Below are positions 8,615 to 17,299 of a stretch of DNA of 40,301 nucleotides, in pieces. The stretch lies in the NCBI GenBank assembly GCA_044221765.1, contig JBGAOO010000001.1, forward strand, positions 1 through 40,301. Direction: 5' to 3'. Numbering within the stretch: the first letter of the stretch is position 1; each line of letters opens with the position of its first letter. This DNA comes from Usitatibacteraceae bacterium (lineage in GTDB: Bacteria > Pseudomonadota > Gammaproteobacteria > Burkholderiales > Usitatibacteraceae). The translations under genes were made by a program, and so were the position numbers. The notes under the pieces are model-generated. The model was not told the DNA's origin and did no database searches. It saw only the letters and a program-made list of their open reading frames with translations.

Positions 8615-8802
8615 GACACGGATGAACACGGATGAACACGGATAAGGGCGAATGTGTCCGGGGCTGTTTCTCCGCCGTGAGAATTGCGGGCATCGATTGC
8701 AAGCCACCACGGTTCGACGAAGCGGGCTGAATGCCGCCTATCACGAATCAATCCGTGTTCATCCGTGTTCATCCGTGTCCTAGCTCTTGGGTAGCGTCAC
8801 TC
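8592..8802. repeat. E1: 211-bp composite inverted-repeat element (52-nt arms, 107-nt core), no cargo
   Basis: Left arm 8592-8643 is GAGTGACGCTGCCCAAGAGCTAGGACACGGATGAACACGGATGAACACGGAT. The reverse complement of the right arm (8751-8802) is identical apart from one mismatch (GCTGCCC vs GCTACCC). Confidence 0.9.
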
Positions 8803-8823
8803 GAAACTGTTTAGCATGTCGCC

Positions 8824-10887
<2,064 letters not shown>

Positions 10888-10915
10888 CGACCCCCACGAT
10901 CCGCGAGGAGATAGC

Positions 10916-11239
10916 ATGAAGAAGTCCGCACTCATCATCGCCGCACTCGGCGCCGCCTTTGCCGCCGCTCCTGCCATGGCCAGCCTCGAGCTCGCCACCA
11001 AGAGCGCCTGCACCGCCTGCCACCAGGTCGACAAGAAGCTGGTCGGCCCCGCCTACCAGGAGGTCGCCGCCAAGTACAAGGGCAATGCCAAGGCCGAGGC
11101 GATGCTCATCGAGAAGGTCAAGAAGGGCGGCGTGGGCGTGTGGGGCCAGGTCCCGATGCCCCCGAACGCCGCCGTGAAGGACGAAGACGTGAAGACCCTC
11201 GTGAAGTGGGTCCTCGCCGGCGCGCCCGCCAAGAAGTAA
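10916..11239 (+). CDS. cytochrome c-551/c8 family (class ID) monohaem cytochrome
   Basis: Signal peptide MKKSALIIAALGAAFAAAPAMA, haem site CTACH, KKLVGPAYQEVAAKY and GVWGQVPMPPN. The SD GAGGAG lies 7-8 nt upstream of the ATG at 10916, so the track start at 10877 is rejected. Confidence 0.85.
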   Translation: MKKSALIIAALGAAFAAAPAMASLELATKSACTACHQVDKKLVGPAYQEVAAKYKGNAKAEAMLIEKVKKGGVGVWGQVPMPPNAAVKDEDVKTLVKWVLAGAPAKK

Positions 11240-11259
11240 GGTAAGCGCACGCTTACGCG

Positions 11260-11287
11260 AAAAAGCCGACCTCGCGTCGGCTTTTTC
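11260..11287 (+). terminator. rho-independent terminator after the cytochrome c gene
   Basis: AAAAAGCCGAC-CTCGC-GTCGGCTTTTT: a GC-rich stem followed by a T-run. Confidence 0.7.
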
Positions 11288-11409
11288 CATTCTGGGAAGG
11301 GCCTTGGGCCAAATTGACACGTCCGGGGGGCACTCCCATAATCTCCCGCCTGTTTTCCCCGCGTCGCCAGGCCCATCCGGCCCCAACACTTTCCCACCAG
11401 GAGATCTCG

Positions 11410-12693
11410 ATGAATCGTCCCACCCAGCTGGGCCTCGCCGTGCTGCTCGCCCTCGGCGTCGTCGCCTGCGGCTCCAAGGAAGAAGCCAAGCCCGCCCCGA
11501 AGGCCGATGCGGCCCCGGCCGGCATCACCGTCACGATCGCGCACGCGGGTCCGCTCACCGGCTCCATCGCCCACCTGGGCAAGGACGACGAGAACGGCGT
11601 CGCGCTCGCCGTGATGCACGCCAACGAGAAGAAGATCAGCCTGGGCGGCAAGCCCGTCACGTTCAAGATGGTGAGCGAGGACGACCAGGCCGACCCGAAG
11701 GTGGGCACCACCGTCGCGCAGAAGCTCGTGGACGCGAAGGTCGCCGCCGTCGTGGGCCACCTGAACTCGGGCGTGACCATCCCCGCCTCCGAGATCTACA
11801 ACAAGGCCGGCATCCCGGTGATCTCGGGCTCGGCCACCAACCCGACCCTCACCGAGCGCGGCCTGAAGACCGTCTTCCGCACCGTCGGCCGCGACGACCA
11901 GCAGGGCCCGGCCATCGCCGCCTACATCGCCGGCGAGCTGAAGGGCAAGAAGGTCGCCCTGGTCGACGACAAGACCGCGTACGGCGAGGGCCTCGCGAAC
12001 GAGGTGGAGAAGGCCCTGAAGGCGGCCAAGGTCACCATCGTCACGCGCGAGCGCACCACGGACAAGGAAACCGACTTCAAGGCCGTGCTCACGAAGATCA
12101 AGGGCAAGAACCCGGACGTCGTCTTCCACGGCGGCATGGACGCCACCGGCGGCCCGATGCTCAAGCAGGCCCGGGAACTGGGCATCAAGGCCGTCTTCGC
12201 CTTCGGCGACGGCGCCTGCACGGACGAGATGTCCAAGCTGGCCGGCGCGGCCTCCGAGGGCTTCGCCTGCTCGCAGGCCGGCCTGCCCGCCGTCGCGGCG
12301 AGCAAGGAGTTCCAGGACGCGTTCAAGGCCAAGTTCGGCGAGATCAAGCAGTACGCCCCGTACTTCTACGACGGCGCCATGGCGATGATCGAGGCCATGA
12401 AGAAGGCCGATTCCGCCGACCCCGCCAAGTTCGCCCCGAAGATCTTCGAGGTGAGCTTCCAGGGCGCCACGGGCAAGGTCGAGTTCGACGCCAAGGGCGA
12501 CCGCAAGGACGCGGAGATGACCATCTTCCGCATGGGCAAGGACGGCAAGATCGCCCCGGTGGCGATCGTGAAGAACGGCGTGTCCTCGCCCTTCGCGCAG
12601 CCGGCGGCGCCCGTCGCCGCCCCGGCCGCCGAGGCGAAGAAGGACGAGCCCGCGAAGCCCGCCGAGAAGAAGGCCGAGGAAAAGAAGAAGTAG
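11410..12693 (+). CDS. livK: branched-chain amino acid ABC transporter substrate-binding lipoprotein (LivK/LivJ family) with a Lys/Ala/Pro-rich C-terminal tail
   Basis: Lipobox LALGVVAC, then the type I periplasmic binding fold pattern (IAHAGPLTGSIAHLGKD..., VVGHLNSGVT, ALVDDKTAYGEGLA). SD CAGGAG before the ATG at 11410. First gene of a livHMGF cluster. Confidence 0.9.
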   Translation: MNRPTQLGLAVLLALGVVACGSKEEAKPAPKADAAPAGITVTIAHAGPLTGSIAHLGKDDENGVALAVMHANEKKISLGGKPVTFKMVSEDDQADPKVGTTVAQKLVDAKVAAVVGHLNSGVTIPASEIYNKAGIPVISGSATNPTLTERGLKTVFRTVGRDDQQGPAIAAYIAGELKGKKVALVDDKTAYGEGLANEVEKALKAAKVTIVTRERTTDKETDFKAVLTKIKGKNPDVVFHGGMDATGGPMLKQARELGIKAVFAFGDGACTDEMSKLAGAASEGFACSQAGLPAVAASKEFQDAFKAKFGEIKQYAPYFYDGAMAMIEAMKKADSADPAKFAPKIFEVSFQGATGKVEFDAKGDRKDAEMTIFRMGKDGKIAPVAIVKNGVSSPFAQPAAPVAAPAAEAKKDEPAKPAEKKAEEKKK

Positions 12694-12710
12694 CCCTCGC
12701 CCCACGGGAG

Positions 12711-12740
12711 AACGGCACCGGCGACGGTGCCGTTTTTTTT
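12711..12740 (+). terminator. intra-operon rho-independent terminator/attenuator between livK and livH
   Basis: AACGGCACCG-GCGA-CGGTGCCGTTTTTTTT: a perfect 9-bp GC-rich stem followed by T8. Confidence 0.7.
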
Positions 12741-12783
12741 GGGACTGCGTAGAATCGGCCCATCGCCAACGAGGAGTGCCGCC

Positions 12784-13782
12784 CTGGATACCTTCCTGCA
12801 GCAGGTGGTGAACGGCCTCACGCTCGGCAGCGTGTACGCGGTCGTCGCCCTGGGCTACACGATGGTGTACGGGATCATCCAGCTCATCAACTTCGCGCAC
12901 GGCGAGGTGGTGATGATCGGCTGCATGGTGGCCTTCTCCGTCATCGTCGCGCTCGCGCCGACGGGCCTGCCCCCGCTCTTGATCGTGGGCGCGGGCATCC
13001 TCGTGGCCGTGCCCGCCTGCATGGCGGTCGGCTACGTGGTCGAGCGCGTGGCGTACCGGCCCCTGCGCACCGCCCCGCGCCTCGCCCCGCTCATCACCGC
13101 GATCGGCGTGTCGATCGTGCTGCAGCACCTGGCCCTGCTCGTGTGGAGCCGCAACATCATCGCCTTCCCCCAGATCATCGAGCTGAAGCTCGTGCACCTG
13201 GGCACCAGCGAGACGAGCGCGGCCATCTCCAACATCCAGATCGCGATCATCCTCACCTCCTTCGCGATGATGGGGGGCCTGCTCGCGCTCGTGTACCGCA
13301 CGAAGCTCGGCATCGCGATGCGCGCCACCTCGCAGAACCCGGTGGTGGCGGGCCTCATGGGCGTGGACATCAACCGGGTCATCTCCGCGACGTTCGTGAT
13401 CGGCGCGGCCCTGGGCGCGATGGCGGGCGTCATGGTCGGCAGCTACTACGGCATCGCGCACTACCAGATGGGCTTCCTCCTGGGCCTCAAGGCCTTCAGC
13501 GCCGCGGTGCTCGGGGGCATCGGCAACCTCGCGGGCGCGGTGCTCGGGGGCATCCTCATGGGGCTCATCGAGTCGCTCGGCGCGGGCTACGTGGGCGACT
13601 TCACCAACGTGTGCACGCTCGATGCGTTCCTGCCCGGATTCGCGGAGGTCTGCGCGGCGAGCCCCGAGTCGAGCCTCTTCGGCTCCAACTACGAGGATGT
13701 CTATGCGTTCATCGTGCTGATCCTGGTGCTCGTCTTCCGGCCCTCGGGGCTGCTGGGCGAGCGTGTCGGCGACCGGGCGTAG
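12784..13782 (+). CDS. livH: branched-chain amino acid ABC transporter permease LivH
   Basis: (L)DTFLQQVVNGLTLGSVYAVVALGYTMVYGIIQLINFAHGE is the canonical LivH N-terminus. The homologous Met position is a CTG at 12784, preceded by GAGGAG at a 7-nt spacing. The only canonical in-frame starts (GTG 12727, TTG 12739) lie within the terminator hairpin and its T-run (12711-12740), so the start is uncertain. Confidence 0.8.
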   Translation: MDTFLQQVVNGLTLGSVYAVVALGYTMVYGIIQLINFAHGEVVMIGCMVAFSVIVALAPTGLPPLLIVGAGILVAVPACMAVGYVVERVAYRPLRTAPRLAPLITAIGVSIVLQHLALLVWSRNIIAFPQIIELKLVHLGTSETSAAISNIQIAIILTSFAMMGGLLALVYRTKLGIAMRATSQNPVVAGLMGVDINRVISATFVIGAALGAMAGVMVGSYYGIAHYQMGFLLGLKAFSAAVLGGIGNLAGAVLGGILMGLIESLGAGYVGDFTNVCTLDAFLPGFAEVCAASPESSLFGSNYEDVYAFIVLILVLVFRPSGLLGERVGDRA

Positions 13783-13790
13783 CTTGGCGT

Positions 13791-14284
13791 TAGTGAGTTA
13801 CGCCACCCAGAGGTGGGGACACGGATGAACACGGATGGACACGGATATTGGATTGAAGGGGCAAGCGGACGTTTCACGTTTCCCGAAGTGTCATCGGTGC
13901 AGCGTTTCGGGTAGCGAACTCCCTTGGTGTCGGGTTCCTGGAAAAGGTCTATGAGAACGCACTTGCGATCGAGCTACGCCTTGCCGGCCATGAAGTCGAG
14001 CAGCAACGCACGGTCGACGTGCGATACCGATGCGAGATCGTCGGCATCTACCACGCGGACCTCGTGGTCGACCGCTGCCTCATCGTCGAGCTCAAGGTGG
14101 CCGAATCCCTGTCCGCCGGTCACAAGGCGCAATGTCTCAATTCCCTCAGGGCATCGGGCCTCGATACCGGCTTGGTCATCAACTTCGGCCGGCCACGCCT
14201 CGAAATCCACCGCATCCTGTCCTGAGCGATCCCTCGACTCATCCGTGTTCATCCGTGTCCCCGCCTTCGGGGCGGCGTCACTCC
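13791..14284. mobile_element. E2: cargo-bearing member of the inverted-repeat family, enclosing a GxxExxY gene
   Basis: Left arm 13791-13846 is TAGTGAGTTACGCCACCCAGAGGTGGGGACACGGATGAACACGGATGGACACGGAT. Right arm 14241-14284 is ATCCGTGTTCATCCGTGTCCCCGCCTTCGGGGCGGCGTCACTCC, an imperfect reverse complement. The interior is visibly lower in GC and GC3 than the flanking liv genes. Confidence 0.8.
13857..14225 (+). pseudogene. GxxExxY protein (PD-(D/E)XK nuclease fold, PDDEXK_3/TIGR04256-like), nearly full length but without a usable start codon
   Basis: The frame reads ..SRSVIGAAFRVANSLGVGFLEKVYENALAIELRLAGHEVEQQRTVDVRYRCEIVGIYHADLVVDRCLIVELKVAESLSAGHKAQCLNSLRASGLDTGLVINFGRPRLEIHRILS*. It contains the GxxExxY motif and a D..(I/V)ELK nuclease core. 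There is no ATG, GTG or TTG in frame between the stop at 13854-13856 and GTG 14019. The 68-aa track ORF is only the C-terminal half. Confidence 0.75.
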
Positions 14285-14312
14285 CCGCCGATAGCCCGGC
14301 CACTACCGCCAA

Positions 14313-15401
14313 GTGACCATGGGCACCCTGTCCGCGCTTCGCGAGGATCCCCGCCTGAAATGGGCCGGGATCGCCCTCATCGCGATCGCGCTCGTGGCCC
14401 TGCCCTTCGCGCTCGCGATGGCGGGCACCGCGTGGGTGCGCATCACGAACCTCGCCATCCTCTTCGTGCTCCTGTCGCTGGGCCTGAACATCGTCGTGGG
14501 CTTCGCCGGGCTGCTCGACCTGGGCTACATCGCCTTCTATGCCGTGGGCGCCTACGTGTACGCGCTCCTCGCCTCGCCGCACTTCGGCCTGCACCTGCCG
14601 TGGTGGGCCATCCTGCCCATCGGCGCGGCGGTGGCCTGCCTGTTCGGCGTGCTGCTGGGCACGCCCACGCTCAAGCTGCGCGGGGACTACCTCGCCATCG
14701 TGACGCTGGGCTTCGGCGAGATCATCCGCATCTTCCTGAACAACCTCTCCGAGCCCTTCAACCTCACCAACGGCCCGAAGGGCATCGCCACCATCGACCC
14801 GGTGCGCTTCCTGGGCATCGACTTCGGCGTGGCCTCGCCCCTGGGCCCGCTCGTGGCCACGGAGACGGTCAAGTACTACTACTTCCTGCTCGCGGTGCTG
14901 CTCGTGGTGATCGTCGTGAACCTGCGCCTGCAGGATTCGCGCATCGGCCGCGCGTGGGAGGCGATCCGCGAGGACGAGATGGCCGCCCGCGCCATGGGCA
15001 TCAACACCACGCGCATGAAGCTGCTCGCCTTCGCGATGGGTGCCTCCTTCGGCGGCATCGCCGGGGGCATGTTCTCCGCGATCCAGGGCTTCATCAGCCC
15101 CGAGAGCTTCATCCTCACCGAGAGCGTCATGGTGCTCGCCATGGTCGTGCTGGGCGGGATGGGCAACATCTGGGGCGTGATCCTGGGCGCGGTGCTGCTC
15201 TCCTTCGTGCCGGAGATCCTGCGCTACACCGTGCAGCCGGCGCAGCTCTGGCTCTTCGGCCGCTCGATCATCGACCCCGAGGTGATCCGCATGCTGCTCT
15301 TCGGCCTGGCGATGGTGGTGATGATGCTGGTGCGCCCGGCCGGCCTCTTCCCCTCGGCGGTGAGGAAGCGCGAGCTCGCGCGCGGGGACGACGACGAATG
15401 A
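14313..15401 (+). CDS. livM: branched-chain amino acid ABC transporter permease LivM
   Basis: 362 aa, polytopic. GLNIVVGFAGLLDLGYIAFYAVGAY and LRGDYLAIVTLGFGEIIR are LivM signatures. Confidence 0.9.
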   Translation: MTMGTLSALREDPRLKWAGIALIAIALVALPFALAMAGTAWVRITNLAILFVLLSLGLNIVVGFAGLLDLGYIAFYAVGAYVYALLASPHFGLHLPWWAILPIGAAVACLFGVLLGTPTLKLRGDYLAIVTLGFGEIIRIFLNNLSEPFNLTNGPKGIATIDPVRFLGIDFGVASPLGPLVATETVKYYYFLLAVLLVVIVVNLRLQDSRIGRAWEAIREDEMAARAMGINTTRMKLLAFAMGASFGGIAGGMFSAIQGFISPESFILTESVMVLAMVVLGGMGNIWGVILGAVLLSFVPEILRYTVQPAQLWLFGRSIIDPEVIRMLLFGLAMVVMMLVRPAGLFPSAVRKRELARGDDDE

Positions 15402-16189
15402 GCGCCGCCGCGCCCATCCTCGAGATCGAGCACGTCACCAAGCGCTTCGGCGGGCTCACCGCGCTCTCCGGGGTGAGCTTCTCCATCCGCCGCGGCGAGA
15501 TCTACGGCCTCATCGGCCCCAACGGCGCGGGCAAGACCACGCTCTTCAACGTGCTCACCGGCCTGTACCGCCACGACGAGGGCCAGTTCCGCTTCGAGGG
15601 CGCGGCGCTGCAGGACGCGACGCCGGACCGCATCGCCGCGCTCGGCATCGCCCGCACCTTCCAGAACATCCGCCTGTTCGCGAACCTCTCCGCGCTGGAG
15701 AACGTGATGATCGGCCGGCACGTGCGCACGAAGGCCGGCGTGCTGGGCGCCATCCTGCGCGATCCGCGCACGCGCGCCGAGGAGGCCGCGATCAACCGAC
15801 GCGCCCACGAGCTGCTCGACTACGTGGGCATCGGCGCGCGCGGCAACGAGCTCGCCCGCCACCTGCCCTACGGGGACCAGCGCCGCCTGGAGATCGCCCG
15901 CGCCCTTGCCACGGACCCGCGCCTCATCGCCCTCGACGAGCCCGCGGCGGGCATGAACGCCACGGAGAAGCAGGAGCTGCGCGTGCTCCTGGAATCCATC
16001 CGCCGCGACGGCACCACCATCCTCATCATCGAGCACGACATGCGCCTGGTGCTGGGCCTGTGCGACCGCGTGCTCGTGCTCGACTACGGCAAGCGCATCG
16101 CCGAGGGCGTCCCCGCCGACGTGCGGCGCGATCCGAAGGTGATCGAGGCTTACCTCGGCGCGCAACATGCCGCGACCGATGTCGAGTGA
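15398..16189 (+). CDS. livG: branched-chain amino acid ABC transporter ATP-binding protein LivG
   Basis: Walker A GPNGAGKTT, signature LPYGDQRRLEIARAL, Walker B LIALDEPAAGM. The ATG overlaps the livM stop (ATGA). Its TGA stop (16187-16189) lies inside the GAGTGAC start of element E3. Confidence 0.9.
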   Translation: MSAAAPILEIEHVTKRFGGLTALSGVSFSIRRGEIYGLIGPNGAGKTTLFNVLTGLYRHDEGQFRFEGAALQDATPDRIAALGIARTFQNIRLFANLSALENVMIGRHVRTKAGVLGAILRDPRTRAEEAAINRRAHELLDYVGIGARGNELARHLPYGDQRRLEIARALATDPRLIALDEPAAGMNATEKQELRVLLESIRRDGTTILIIEHDMRLVLGLCDRVLVLDYGKRIAEGVPADVRRDPKVIEAYLGAQHAATDVE

Positions 16190-16462
16190 CGCTACCCAAA
16201 GGCAAGGACACGGATGAACACGGATGAACACGGATCAAAATCGAATGGAGCGCCACGAACCGATCGCTGTTGCGTGCTGTTCGACCGCTCATGAGCCACT
16301 GAATGCCGTGCGGACCGGATTGGCCATCGCAATTTCAGAATCCATCCGTGTTCATCCGTGTTCATCCGTGTCCTTGCCTTTGGGTCGCGTCCTCCCCGCA
16401 GTGTCCTTGCCTTTGGGTCGCGTCACTCCCCGCATGTCCCGGCCTTTGGGTAGCGTCACTCC
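16184..16462. repeat. E3: 212-bp inverted-repeat element (52-nt arms, 108-nt core) plus two extra tandem copies of the 33-nt terminal module
   Basis: Left arm 16184-16235 is GAGTGACGCTACCCAAAGGCAAGGACACGGATGAACACGGATGAACACGGAT. Right arm 16344-16395. The module GTGTCCTTGCCTTTGGGTCGCGTC(A)CTCC recurs at 16368, 16401 and (diverged) 16434, a 33-nt period. Confidence 0.9.
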
Positions 16463-16465
16463 CCC

Positions 16466-17173
16466 ATGCCCATGCTGAAACTGGAAAGCGTCGAGGTCCA
16501 CTACGGCGGCATCCGCGCCGTGAAGGGCATCGACCTGTACGTGGAGCAGGGCGAGCTGGTGTGCCTCATCGGCGCCAACGGCGCGGGCAAGACGACCACG
16601 CTGCGCGCCATCACGGGCCTCGCCCACGCGAGCGGGCGCATCGTCTACGACGGCGAGGACATCGCGGGCCTGAAGCCGCACCAGATCGCCCGCAAGGGCC
16701 TCGCCCTCGTGCCCGAGGGCCGCGGCGTCTTCCCGCAGCTCACGATCGACGAGAACCTCGCGATGGGTGCCTACGCGCGCGGCGACAAGGCGGGCATCGC
16801 CGCCGACACCGAGCGCGTGTTCCACCTCTTCCCGCGGCTCAAGGAGCGGCGCCGGCAGACGGCGGGCACGATGTCCGGCGGCGAGCAGCAGATGCTCGCG
16901 ATCGGCCGGGCGCTCATGGGCCGGCCGCGCCTGCTGCTGCTCGACGAGCCGAGCATGGGCCTCGCGCCCATCATGGTCGAGCGCATCTTCGAGGTGATCC
17001 GCCTCATCGCCTCCGAGGGCGTCACGATGCTGCTGGTCGAGCAGAACGCGCGCCTCGCGCTGGAGGCGAGCCGGCGCGCGTACGTGCTCGAGAGCGGCCT
17101 GGTCACCCTCTCGGGCGCGGCGGCCGACCTCCTGCACGACCCGCAGGTGCGCAGCGCCTACCTCGGGGAGTGA
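16466..17173 (+). CDS. livF: branched-chain amino acid ABC transporter ATP-binding protein LivF
   Basis: MPMLKLESVEVHYGGIRAVKGIDL.., Walker A GANGAGKTT, signature MSGGEQQMLAIGRAL, Walker B LLLLDEPSMGL. The start could be the second ATG at 16472. Confidence 0.9.
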   Translation: MPMLKLESVEVHYGGIRAVKGIDLYVEQGELVCLIGANGAGKTTTLRAITGLAHASGRIVYDGEDIAGLKPHQIARKGLALVPEGRGVFPQLTIDENLAMGAYARGDKAGIAADTERVFHLFPRLKERRRQTAGTMSGGEQQMLAIGRALMGRPRLLLLDEPSMGLAPIMVERIFEVIRLIASEGVTMLLVEQNARLALEASRRAYVLESGLVTLSGAAADLLHDPQVRSAYLGE

Positions 17174-17299
17174 TGCGCGAACGGCCTTACCAATGTAACC
17201 TGCGCGTGACGGGAAGCACAGACGGCCCGATGGGGGGGCCGCGACAATAACGAGAACGGTGGCGTGCCCGGTTCGCCGCCCGCTAGGACAGGGAATCCC

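Noticed and set aside
8614-8778. The tandem CACGGATGAA units could be read as a CRISPR array.
   Set aside because: The units are 10 nt long and directly abutting, with no spacers. They occur as inverted pairs and no cas genes are present. This is an inverted-repeat element, not CRISPR.
14019-14225. A 68-aa ORF (MRYRCEIVGIYHADL..) listed as an independent gene.
   Set aside because: It is the C-terminal half of the GxxExxY reading frame, which is open from 13857. The GTG at 14019 would remove the GxxExxY motif and the N-terminal helix.
16224-17250. ORFs that run through the repeat arms: 16224-16478 and 16303-17250, also 8357-8710(-), 8505-8744(-), 15224-16231(-) and 16026-16292(-). They contain IRVHPCSSV and TRMNTDEHG-like strings.
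   Set aside because: The recurring peptides are just translations of the ACACGGATGA iterons. These ORFs have no start context or SD, and they overlap livG and livF out of frame.
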